Source: a bacterium
GTDB lineage: Bacteria; Planctomycetota; UBA1135; GCA-002686595
DNA: 64,000 bases
NCBI GenBank assembly: GCA_024228395.1
Contig: JAAETM010000018.1
Coordinates: 2,440-66,439, forward strand
Direction of reading: 5' to 3'
Shown: positions 41,661 through 50,540 of the stretch, one piece after another
Numbering within the stretch: the stretch's first letter is position 1
How the letters are laid out: the number at the start of each line of letters is the position of its first letter
Made by a program: the position numbers and the translations under genes
The notes under the pieces: model-generated
What the model saw: only the letters and a program-made list of their open reading frames with translations
Told to the model about the DNA's origin: nothing
The model's database searches: none

Positions 41661-44261
41661 TCAGTTGTTGTTGATACTCATGAGCTGGCCATTGTCATCC
41701 CAGCGGTTTCCGGCCATGTAAACGTAGCCGGTGACCCGTAGCACGCCATAGCGGTTGTCCCGACCAAAACGGTTGTTGATCATCCTGCAGTTGGTGGGGT
41801 CCCCGTAATTCGGGCGGGTGGATCCGGGCGGCGGTACCTTGTTCTCAAAGTAGACCGAGAAGTTGCCCCCATTGATCCAATTGTCTTCGACCAATACGTT
41901 GTCGATGGGGCCGTCACCGGTTTGCATGATCCAGCAGGCGTTCTGCTTGTAGGGGGCTCCAATGTCGATGGGGATGTCGAAGAAATTACCTCGGAAGACG
42001 AAGTTCGACCCGCTACGCGTTTGGTTGCAGTCCGCATGGGCACCAGGTGCCGTACCGATGTGGTGAACCCAGCAGGATTCGACCAAAACATCGTTGGTTG
42101 CCTTGAAGCCATCGCCACCACTTTCGTGAAGGTTCAGTCTGCGTGCTTCGAAACCTCCCCCGTAGATGTGGGCACTGGCCACGTTGATCAGTTCACCATC
42201 TTCAATCACGATACCGTGCTTGCCGGAGTTGGCACGAATGCCATAGGGCTGACCACCGGCATCAATGATAAAGTTGCGCAAGGTAACGTTGTTGGCTTCG
42301 ATGTTCACGGCGCCAAAGACATGCACGTTCTCGATGACCGCACCATCTTGGGTGATCGTCATGCCGCCCACCGGTTGCAATGTGCTCGGATCGGAGGGCC
42401 CGGTGTTGTGAGCCCCCGGGCGGTTACCCGTACTCGGTGCACCGGGTTCGCTCACCGTGACCACCACCTCTCGCAGGGTCGAGCCATACAGGCTAGTTTG
42501 GTTCACCAGGCGCACCGTGGCCCGGTAGGTGCCCGCGGGCAAGGCCGCGATGGTAGCAGAGTCCAATTGTGTGCTGAGCGTCGTCGTTTGAGTGGACTGG
42601 AGAAAGCCGGACGAGCTTCCGAGGTTGAGCCACGATGCGTTCGAAGTACAGCTCCACTCCAATTCCTCGCCGCCGATGTTGGTCAATTGGTAATCGTCGA
42701 GGGACCCGGTGGGGCCGTTGCCACGGATGGCGCTGACATGCAATTCGTTGGCAGGCAGCGCGTTCAAGTGTCCCACGTTGCTGGTCCCGTTGCCCGCGGC
42801 CATGTTGAGGAGGATTTCGTTGGGAGTGAGCGCGTGATCGTAGACGGCGACCATGAACAGATCACCGATCCAGGGGCGGGAGGCCCCGATCTCGTTGGCC
42901 ACGGCTAAGCGGAAACTGGTGTCCCAGTTGGTTGTATTGCCAGCAATTTGCATCTCCTGGATCAAATACCCGTTCAGGTAAATCGACCCTCGACCATCGG
43001 TGTTCCGAACGTACACCAGGTGTTGCATTCCGATGGAAGCGGTTCCGGGGTTCGTAGTGATCAGGGGCATTCCGTCCAGGTTGGTGCCCGTGCTGCGCAA
43101 ACGCATGTTGAATGTGTCGCGAGGCCGACCTCCCCACAGGCCCTGGGCCAAGGTGAAGTTGCGCAAGTAAGGACCATTTGAGATCCCGATCAAACGGGCG
43201 GGCCCATGCTGGTTGACGTTTGCAGGTCGAATCCAAGATTCCACGGTCAGCTCGCCGGTTTGACGGATGGTCTCCGTGATCCGGGTAGCAGGGCCGGGGG
43301 TGGATAGCAATGTGGGAGAATGGATGTTCAGGCCGCTAGCCTGCCATTCCACCGCAGAAGGATCCTGAATGTGAAGGTCTTGCGGGGGCGCGACTCCGGA
43401 GGTGTCGTGCACGATCGAACCGGAGCCTTCTTCGAATAGGTATTCGGCGATCAATCCCTTGGTGACCCGGTTGCTTGGAGTTGGCGCCAATACCACGGTG
43501 ACGGGAATGGTCACGAGTTGCGAAGTGTTGGCCGTGTTTCGAATGGCCACCTGGCTCTGGTGGGTGCCTAGACCCAGAACAGAAAGCTCGGACTCCTTGA
43601 CGTAGACATTCAGGGTGTCTGTTTCGCCGGGCAGGAAGTGCGTGTCGCCGTTTGTGCCGAGGCGCAGCCAGCTATCCTGGGATTCGGCGGTCCAAGTCAT
43701 CGGTGATGAGCCCGTGTTCTCGATGGCGATCTCCCCATCGATCTCGTTGTCAGCGGCAGCCGCGTTGGTCTGGATGGCAAGGCCGCCAGACGGCTGGGCC
43801 CGGAAGAAGGCTGTGCTTCCAGGCATCACATTCAGATTGAGGGCTAGGTAAGTCTCACCACCGACGTTGTTCCGAGTCTGTAGCCTGAGCTCTGTGGGGT
43901 AGGTGCCCACGGCCAGGCTGGAGGCCAGCGCCTGATCAATCTCCACGATCACCGGGATTTCCTGATCGGGTCCGAGCAAGCCGCTCGAAGGGGTCGCGTT
44001 CAACCAAGCGTGACTGGAGCACATGCGCCAAACGGCGGCTTCCCCAGAGTTGTTGCGAAGTTGAACGGTATGGGTTCCGGACGGAAAGGGTCCACCCATG
44101 GGGCCGTCGATCTCAATCGCTCGTGTGGTGCTTAGGATCACCACATCTTCCCCGTCTCCCGAGTCGTCTGAAATGCTTGAAGAGCAAGCGGCAGCCATGA
44201 AGAGAGCAATCGGTGCGAGCAAGTACACATGAGCTCGACACCATTCGAATTGTTGGATCAT
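41661..44261 (-). CDS. LamG + beta-helix lipoprotein, paralog 3 (extra N-terminal Ig-like domains)
   Basis: Lipobox LFMAAAC (start ATG 44261). LIAEYLFEEGSG...LTVESWIRP...PWIGDLFMVAVYDHALTPNEI...GAHADCNQT...NRWDDNGQLMSINNN. Confidence 0.8.
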   Translation of the reverse strand: MIQQFEWCRAHVYLLAPIALFMAAACSSSISDDSGDGEDVVILSTTRAIEIDGPMGGPFPSGTHTVQLRNNSGEAAVWRMCSSHAWLNATPSSGLLGPDQEIPVIVEIDQALASSLAVGTYPTELRLQTRNNVGGETYLALNLNVMPGSTAFFRAQPSGGLAIQTNAAAADNEIDGEIAIENTGSSPMTWTAESQDSWLRLGTNGDTHFLPGETDTLNVYVKESELSVLGLGTHQSQVAIRNTANTSQLVTIPVTVVLAPTPSNRVTKGLIAEYLFEEGSGSIVHDTSGVAPPQDLHIQDPSAVEWQASGLNIHSPTLLSTPGPATRITETIRQTGELTVESWIRPANVNQHGPARLIGISNGPYLRNFTLAQGLWGGRPRDTFNMRLRSTGTNLDGMPLITTNPGTASIGMQHLVYVRNTDGRGSIYLNGYLIQEMQIAGNTTNWDTSFRLAVANEIGASRPWIGDLFMVAVYDHALTPNEILLNMAAGNGTSNVGHLNALPANELHVSAIRGNGPTGSLDDYQLTNIGGEELEWSCTSNASWLNLGSSSGFLQSTQTTTLSTQLDSATIAALPAGTYRATVRLVNQTSLYGSTLREVVVTVSEPGAPSTGNRPGAHNTGPSDPSTLQPVGGMTITQDGAVIENVHVFGAVNIEANNVTLRNFIIDAGGQPYGIRANSGKHGIVIEDGELINVASAHIYGGGFEARRLNLHESGGDGFKATNDVLVESCWVHHIGTAPGAHADCNQTRSGSNFVFRGNFFDIPIDIGAPYKQNACWIMQTGDGPIDNVLVEDNWINGGNFSVYFENKVPPPGSTRPNYGDPTNCRMINNRFGRDNRYGVLRVTGYVYMAGNRWDDNGQLMSINNN

Positions 44262-44667
44262 ACTTTTCCTGATGAAAATCAATCTGTTCGACTGCGGATT
44301 AGACCTAGGGCATGCACCGGAGCCCCGGGCTTCCTTCAAGGGATACCGGGGGCCACCGATCAGCGTGAAGCTTGCAGGCGAACGGAAATAGATTTGGAGA
44401 GATTGGGGAGCAGCCCAGTTCTAGCGCGGAGTGAGAGAGCCTGTATGCGCTGACTGCCACATGTGATCGTTTGCCGTACGGCCCCCGATCGGTAGCGTAT
44501 TTTTATGAAAAAAGGCGCAGCATTCCAAGAGTTCAGCCGACGAAGAGTTTTTTTGCCGGCGGACCCCCGCCCCAGGGCCTCCCAAGGGGGGGGCGGGCAC
44601 AGGATTTCCCGGGATCATCGCACATCGGGGGCGTGGGCTTTCCGACCAAAGGATGTGGCAAATTCAC

Positions 44668-44686
44668 AAAAAGCCGCATCTGCGGC
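44668..44686 (-). terminator. Weak intrinsic-terminator candidate downstream of the sugar-transferase gene
   Basis: The minus strand reads gccgcagatgcggc followed by ttttt. The stem is only 5 bp, about 220 nt past the stop at 44908. Confidence 0.3.
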
Positions 44687-44907
44687 CTTAGCAGGCCGCC
44701 TGAAAACAGCAATACCCCATCGAGCCCTCACAAACCGTCTGACTGCGTTGTCACAACCCCGCAAATAGGGCGACTGTGCGGGGAACCCGAGCGCCTTGCC
44801 AGGCGATTTGTGAGCACTCGGCCGGGAAGCCGCTGATCTTCAGGCGTCCTGCCTTGGGGATCGAACCCGGTTTCCGATGGAGGATCCGGGCAGAGTGGGG
44901 TGGGGCT

Positions 44908-46092
44908 TTAATAGGCGCCGCGCCCACTGATGACCGCACCGAAGGTCTTCAGGATTAGCTTCACGTCGAACCAGAAGGAACGCTTCTGTTGATACTCGAT
45001 ATCCATGCGCACCCACTCTTCGAACTTGATTTCGCTGCGCCCGCTCACTTGCCAAATGCAGGTAATGCCACCCGTGCGATCCAAGCGTTTGTGCTGCCAC
45101 AGGGAATATTTCTCCACTTCGTCGAGCGTGGGCGGACGCGGGCCGATGAGGGTCATGTCCCCGCGTAGTACATTGTAGAGCTGGGGCAATTCGTCGATGC
45201 TGGTTTTGCGCAAGTAACGTCCCACACGGGTGATGCGTGGGTCGTTCTTCATCTTGAAGATCGGACCACTTTTCTCGTTGCGGCCCTGGAGGCTAGCCCT
45301 GCGCGCATCCGCGTCCAAGTACATGGATCGGAACTTGTAGAACTTGAAAGGCACTCCACCTAGGCCAGCTCGAAGCTGGGTGTAGATAGCCGGCCCGGGT
45401 GAGGACAAACGCACAGCCAATGCCGCTCCGATCAGAACGGGGGAGAGCACAAGGAGCGATGTGCTAGACACCAGAATGTCAATGAATCTGCGGCCCCAAC
45501 CAATCGGCTGCAAAAAAGCCCTAGACAGGTCCTGGGCTGTCGCGGGGGTTGCTGATTTCGCAACGAGCTCAGACCCTTGGGGTTGCTTTGAGGGGGCTTC
45601 ATTCAGCCGATCACTGCAATCCTCTTGATTGGGCGAGGTGTCTGATTTCAACGGATAGCTGCAGATCTCGTATGAGATGTTGTGTGCTTCACCGAGCAGC
45701 GGGTCACGGAATTGACTCAAGCTGTTTTCGGCGAACGTGCGTGCTCCTGCCGGATGGGTTTCAGGGAGTAGGACGGCCAAGTGCTTGCTATCCAAGCTGC
45801 CGAGCAGATCATACAGACGCATCAATTCGAGCAGGTGCTCGGCCAGGGGGCACAGGTTGTAATCATCCCCGCCTTCCTTCCAGAAAACCACCATACAGAA
45901 CGCGCGTCCATTGCGATCGGTCCGTGACCGCTCGCGTTGGAATGCTTCTGCTAGCTCTTCGACCCCCAAGGCTCCAGGAACCGCCATGGAGTGGCGAAAC
46001 ATGGACCGGATGGAGGCCCAAGCGCCGGGTCTATCCTTCTGAAGGTTGTTGAACATTCGTTGCGGGGAATTGCGGGGGGGCTTTTGCCTCAT
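44908..46092 (-). CDS. Polyprenyl-phosphate glycosyl-1-phosphate transferase (bacterial sugar transferase, WbaP/WcaJ-type catalytic domain) with an N-terminal degenerate GGDEF-like domain
   Basis: C-terminus: PGPAIYTQLRAGLGG.PFKFYKFRSM...DPRITRVGRYLRKTSIDELPQLYNVLRGDMTLIGPRPP. N-terminus (aa ~55-125): RNGRAFCMVVF...MRLYDLLGSLDSKHLAVLLPETHPAGARTFAE aligns to the GGDEF-domain core R..D...R.GGDEF.vlLPeT....A...Ae. Confidence 0.8.
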   Translation of the reverse strand: MRQKPPRNSPQRMFNNLQKDRPGAWASIRSMFRHSMAVPGALGVEELAEAFQRERSRTDRNGRAFCMVVFWKEGGDDYNLCPLAEHLLELMRLYDLLGSLDSKHLAVLLPETHPAGARTFAENSLSQFRDPLLGEAHNISYEICSYPLKSDTSPNQEDCSDRLNEAPSKQPQGSELVAKSATPATAQDLSRAFLQPIGWGRRFIDILVSSTSLLVLSPVLIGAALAVRLSSPGPAIYTQLRAGLGGVPFKFYKFRSMYLDADARRASLQGRNEKSGPIFKMKNDPRITRVGRYLRKTSIDELPQLYNVLRGDMTLIGPRPPTLDEVEKYSLWQHKRLDRTGGITCIWQVSGRSEIKFEEWVRMDIEYQQKRSFWFDVKLILKTFGAVISGRGAY

Positions 46093-46289
46093 GGGGCTAC
46101 CAGATAAACTTTCGGCACTTGAGTATGTTGCAGTTCACTTCCGAAGAATATTTGGAGTGGAATGGGGACTCAAGGTGAGAATGATTGTCAGTGCTGGGGG
46201 GTCAGAGGGTTTTGGCAGGGCCAGTAGGCCCGCTTACGTGGTCTTTCTGAGGGCCCCATCGTATCAAGGCGTATGAGGCTTGTGAGCAA

Positions 46290-47315
46290 TCACTGGCCAT
46301 GTTCTGATTCTTCCACCGCCCGAATCACGTCCCGAACAGAGACGGCATCCATGGAGGCTGGGGGCAGGGGGATCCCGCTGGGGGCTGCAGGGTGGCGGAT
46401 CACCTTGTGTTGGGTCCCATAGGGTCCGGTCCGCAGTGGGTCCGCTGGGCCAAACAGGGCGATCACGGGCAGCCCTAGTGCGCTCGCCAGGTGCATGGGG
46501 CCGGTGTCACACCCGATAAAAAGGTCACATTTCGACAAGACGGCCATCAGCTCCGGCAAACTTGTTTGGCCCAGGAGATCCACGAAGCGGGGATTGCCAG
46601 CCAGTCGATCGCGGGTGGGAGCTGCGTCCTGTTCGTCCCCAGGGCCTCCGGTCAACACCACCCCAGTTTTGCGTTTTCCTAGCAGGCCTTCGATGAGGTC
46701 CGCATACCGTTCTGGAGCCCACCGGTTTTCAGGCTTGGATGCACCGATATGGACAACAACAGGGCCGGGTTCGAGATCGCTCAACCAGGTCTTGGCTCGC
46801 GCTTGAATCACCGTGGGAATCGGTGGTAGGGGATGGGTCACAGGACCGCAGCAACCCAAGAAGGAAGCGAACTCCCCGTATTGATCGACCATGTGGTGAC
46901 GGGGCGGTCCACTGGGGATGAGTTCTCCGTACAGCAGCCAGGCACCCTCCTTGCAGCGGCTGCGGTCAAAACCCAGGACTCGCGCCGCTCCAGAAAGTCG
47001 GGCCAATACCGCGCTCTTGAGCATACGCTGTAAGTCGATCACTAGGCCATAGCGCTGTTTTCTCAACTCCCGCCGCAGGGCAGGTAGCGCTCGGACCATT
47101 CCCTTGCGTGGAAATCTGTGCACGGTGTCCACCGAGGGATTGCCTTGCAACAATGGTTCCGCCAAGGGATGTGTGAGCCAACCCACATGCACGCTGGGGT
47201 ATTGTCGCTTGATTGCTGCAGCCAGGGTGAGCGCATTGACCACATCTCCGATGGCTCCCAGGCGTATGATCAAGACGCGTTGGGGGATGGCGGGATTGAT
47301 GCTCTTTGCGGGCAT
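46290..47315 (-). CDS. Family 9 glycosyltransferase (heptosyltransferase-like)
   Basis: VLIIRLGAIGDVVNALTLAAAIKRQYP...IGCDTGPMHLASALGLPVIALFGP. Confidence 0.8.
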   Translation of the reverse strand: MPAKSINPAIPQRVLIIRLGAIGDVVNALTLAAAIKRQYPSVHVGWLTHPLAEPLLQGNPSVDTVHRFPRKGMVRALPALRRELRKQRYGLVIDLQRMLKSAVLARLSGAARVLGFDRSRCKEGAWLLYGELIPSGPPRHHMVDQYGEFASFLGCCGPVTHPLPPIPTVIQARAKTWLSDLEPGPVVVHIGASKPENRWAPERYADLIEGLLGKRKTGVVLTGGPGDEQDAAPTRDRLAGNPRFVDLLGQTSLPELMAVLSKCDLFIGCDTGPMHLASALGLPVIALFGPADPLRTGPYGTQHKVIRHPAAPSGIPLPPASMDAVSVRDVIRAVEESEHGQ

Positions 47316-47509
47316 GGGTGCAGGTTAGTGTCCAGCGCCCACAAAAGCGATTCCGCTGGCCCTTGATAATAGCGATTCCTCTGTGAGCCGTCGCAATCCA
47401 CTCGGCGCCGGTGCCGAACCCTCTGCACAGGCCGCAAGAGCCAGTCGGGAGCTCAATCGTGTGATTTGAGGGTTGATTTCTCCGCATAAACGTGATCGGG
47501 GCGCTCCCT

Positions 47510-47518
47510 GGGGGGGGG
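47510..47518. repeat. G9 homopolymer in the PilZ/GT9 intergenic region
   Basis: Counted directly. Lies about 195 nt upstream of the GT9 start. Confidence 0.95.
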
Positions 47519-47550
47519 CAGCCCGATGGAGGGTCTACGCGCAAGGTTGT

Positions 47551-48324
47551 CTACGCGGCTTCTTCGTCATCACCCGAACCGGGCTCTTCAAAGCTGTCTT
47601 CGAAGGCGAGGTTTTCCAACTTCCGCATCTTCACATAGTCCACGAAGATGTCCGAGTACCCGCAAAATTGCTCGCTGAAAAGAGCGCCGACGAAGGCCAT
47701 ATCTCCCATCATGCGGCGTTGGCGCACGGAGATTTCGCCCTGGATCAATTGGTCGGAGTTGGGAAGCATGAACGCGGCGGAAAGGGGCATATCGGGGTGC
47801 AGTTGCCTTCCTTCCTCCTGCGAGAGCGTGATGCCAATGCCTTCTGTGGAAATGTCGTAGATCTTGCCGGTGAATTGGGTGGAACCATCAGCGACTTTGA
47901 CGTCAATGACCTTTCCCTTGTCCGGGTGTACACGGTTGTTCCTACGCCGGCTGAAGTAGCGCCCCATGGCGTTGTCCAACTGGGAGTAGAGGTTGCCCGT
48001 GTTGATGAACTGGAGCGCGATCAAGGTTTGACCAGGTCCTTGGGGCACACTTCGAATCACCTTTGCCGGGGTGCACACCGACCAGCCGTGCATGGGGTGG
48101 GCTAGGGTGAATTGCAGCACGTCCCCCTCATTGATCTCGGCAACGAGGTCCTCGGGCGCGATGACCGCCGAGCCTTCTATGGTCAGGTCGTACAGATCGG
48201 CCGGCGCCATGTCGCCGTTGGAAAGATCAAGCTCAACTACCAAGGTTTCGGAGTCGGGGATAGCGTTGCGCTTCAATTCCCGGCGGCAAGTGATGGGTTG
48301 AACGCACTTTTTATGGAAGAACAT
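47551..48324 (-). CDS. PilZ-domain protein (c-di-GMP receptor) with an N-terminal beta-rich domain
   Basis: Canonical RxxxR (RRNNR) and D/NxSxxG (DISTEG) motifs with the usual spacing. Start taken at ATG 48324. Confidence 0.8.
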   Translation of the reverse strand: MFFHKKCVQPITCRRELKRNAIPDSETLVVELDLSNGDMAPADLYDLTIEGSAVIAPEDLVAEINEGDVLQFTLAHPMHGWSVCTPAKVIRSVPQGPGQTLIALQFINTGNLYSQLDNAMGRYFSRRRNNRVHPDKGKVIDVKVADGSTQFTGKIYDISTEGIGITLSQEEGRQLHPDMPLSAAFMLPNSDQLIQGEISVRQRRMMGDMAFVGALFSEQFCGYSDIFVDYVKMRKLENLAFEDSFEEPGSGDDEEAA

Positions 48325-48415
48325 GGCTCTCCGGAGGCATTGTGTACAGAGGACAGAACATGTTGCTTTTCGACCGGGGCCGCCTATCTGCCTAACTGCA
48401 ATTTCGTGACGGAAA

Positions 48416-49717
48416 TCAGTTTCCCGATTTGGGCCACGGGAAGTCCCCGCCGATGGGCAATCGCTGCACTTCGAAAAGCACCGCGACCAACTCACGGTCA
48501 CGGCCCGCCCGGTGGGGGTTATGGAATTCCCAAACCACCCGGCCGTCGGGGGCGATTTCCTGGGCCAAACCGGCGCAGGACAGGCTCACGAGGGTATTGC
48601 CATTCTTCAAACGCCGCACGTTTCCAGAGAAGATTGAGACGAAGGAGCTTTCGGGGGTGCCGTGGTGAATCCATGGCATTTTATGGGTGATCGGGTCCCA
48701 CTCCACCAGCCGCGTGAAGCCTCCCTGCCCCATGTTGTCAAAAATCAGCAGATTGCCAGAGTCCAACCCGGACACGGAGTGGGGGCCATGCCAGGGACCT
48801 TCGGCCATCCAAACGATCTTGTTTTGCTCCGTGTTTAGGATTGCAACAGCATTCACATCTCGGAAGCACAGGAGCCAATCCCCGGTGTTCACGCGGGACA
48901 AGCGCGCAGCCAGGGACTCTGGAACCGGGTCTACCGAGTTGTTGTGCAGCACGTCGCCACCTTGTTTTGCATGTTGCAAGAGGAATGAGCTCCATCGTGA
49001 TTGGAAGAGAGCTTCGTAGATGGAGGTGCGTTTGATGAGAGCGCCGGTTTCTAAATCAATCTGGCAAAGCGCATCCTCTACCACAGGCTCTTCATTCTCC
49101 AAATAGGGCAGGAATCGGCCATCTCGCGAGAGCGTAAAGATGCGCCCATTCGCTACTTCGAAGTCGTGGTGGGCTCCCCCATCCCAATACCAAAGCAGGT
49201 TGGAGTCGTGGTCCAATCGCGCGAGTCCGAGTCCCTCGTAACAAACGAGCAGATCACCTTCGGGAAGCAGGTGCACCTTGCGCCAGGTGAGTTGGGATCG
49301 GCGCGTGGGCGTGCGCTCGCTAGGGACTTGGTCGAAGGGTAGGGCCCAGCTGTGGAGCACTTTGCCCTGCATGTCCATCAGGGTTGCTTCGGGGGCGTGG
49401 CCGCTGCAATACAGGTTGTATCCATCCTGGGCCGCCTCCCGGTCGTACAGCACCACGCCGGTTTGGATCTTGGCCTGTTCATAACCGGTTGCGTAGCCGG
49501 TGCTGGCCAGGTGTTCGAGCTGCCGTCGGGTCTCGTCATCCAAAGCCCCCGTGCCCTGGGGAAACCGCACGTCCTGCCAAAAGCCATCAGGGTGATCCTG
49601 GGCGGATTGTAGGTGGGGCCTGTCCTCCTCATCGGCGCACGCAATCCCCGCGAAAAGGGCCAGGAGGGCTAGCAGCGGGGCCCGTTTGGGGTAAGAACTG
49701 GCTTGGGGGGCAAACAT
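48416..49717 (-). CDS. Secreted beta-propeller protein, arylsulfotransferase (ASST)-like
   Basis: Lipobox LFAGIAC. Motifs HHDFEV.NGRIFTL and VLHNNSVDP recall the ASST family. The call is tentative. Confidence 0.45.
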   Translation of the reverse strand: MFAPQASSYPKRAPLLALLALFAGIACADEEDRPHLQSAQDHPDGFWQDVRFPQGTGALDDETRRQLEHLASTGYATGYEQAKIQTGVVLYDREAAQDGYNLYCSGHAPEATLMDMQGKVLHSWALPFDQVPSERTPTRRSQLTWRKVHLLPEGDLLVCYEGLGLARLDHDSNLLWYWDGGAHHDFEVANGRIFTLSRDGRFLPYLENEEPVVEDALCQIDLETGALIKRTSIYEALFQSRWSSFLLQHAKQGGDVLHNNSVDPVPESLAARLSRVNTGDWLLCFRDVNAVAILNTEQNKIVWMAEGPWHGPHSVSGLDSGNLLIFDNMGQGGFTRLVEWDPITHKMPWIHHGTPESSFVSIFSGNVRRLKNGNTLVSLSCAGLAQEIAPDGRVVWEFHNPHRAGRDRELVAVLFEVQRLPIGGDFPWPKSGN

Positions 49718-49813
49718 GGTGGTGGGGTGGCCTGTGCGTGGTCTAGGGCTCGATTCCACAACATATTGTGGTCTTTACTTGAGTGGTGCACCACAGGCTG
49801 TATGCTCGGGTCC

Positions 49814-50476
49814 ATGGACAAGCCTATCCGCATCTACTTAGTTGGCGCGCACGCGACCGGAAAGACCACCCTAGCCCGCATGATTCGGGATCGGTACGAC
49901 CTTCCCATGATTTCCGAGGTCGCCCGGGGGATTCTGGCGGAAATGGAAGCCCAGGTGGACTCTCTACGGACCAATGTGGAGCTAGTGAACCAGTATCAAA
50001 TGGAGGTTTTCGAGCGTCAGATTTCCTCCGAGCAGGCCCAAGTCGGCTCCTTTGTGTCCGATCGTGCCTTTTGCAATCTGGCCTACGCTGCCCATCACTC
50101 GACCATCTTAGGCAAAATCTTCTCCGATCCCAGGCTGCGCGCCTACATGGAATCGGTGCGCACGGGGGTGGTATTTTTCGTGCGGCCCCAACGCAAATTG
50201 CTCGTGCAAGACGGCGTGCGCGAGGCCTTGGAGTGGGATGACGTCGTGCGCATCGACGGCATGGTCAAATTGATGCTCGAGATGTTCGACATCCCTTACA
50301 TCCCCATGGAATCCCTATCCATACAGGAGCGCTTGCGCATGATCACCCAGGTCCTGAACCTGGCAGGTTTGAGCGAAAAGAGCCATGCTGCCATGTCCCA
50401 GTTGGAGACGAATGGGAACCCGACCAGGGAAGCGCCTTCCGCCAGGGGATTCTCCATGGGCCGGGAACTGTCCTAG
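49814..50476 (+). CDS. P-loop ATPase (AAA_28/NadR-C-terminal-like)
   Basis: IYLVGAHATGKTTLARMI Walker A, with size and layout like the small NadR-type kinase/ATPase domains. Confidence 0.55.
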   Translation: MDKPIRIYLVGAHATGKTTLARMIRDRYDLPMISEVARGILAEMEAQVDSLRTNVELVNQYQMEVFERQISSEQAQVGSFVSDRAFCNLAYAAHHSTILGKIFSDPRLRAYMESVRTGVVFFVRPQRKLLVQDGVREALEWDDVVRIDGMVKLMLEMFDIPYIPMESLSIQERLRMITQVLNLAGLSEKSHAAMSQLETNGNPTREAPSARGFSMGRELS

Positions 50477-50540
50477 CGAATGGCCTCGAATTCGTGGGCT
50501 TGGCTCCGACCTCCCCCCGAATGGTGGGGTAGGGTTTCAC

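Noticed and set aside
44851-44875. Possible tRNA gene on the minus strand (ccgggttcgatcccc resembles a T-arm/T-loop)
   Set aside because: The flanking bases do not close a 5-bp T stem (ccggg versus cccaa). I could not build an acceptor stem, D-arm or anticodon arm. At most it is a fragment.
44700-44900. SRP RNA, 6S RNA or tmRNA in the long intergenic region
   Set aside because: I could not find the conserved SRP GGAA/AGCA helix-8 motifs, a tmRNA tag-ORF with a tRNA-like end, or a 6S-type large central bubble by eye. This needs a covariance-model scan to exclude formally.
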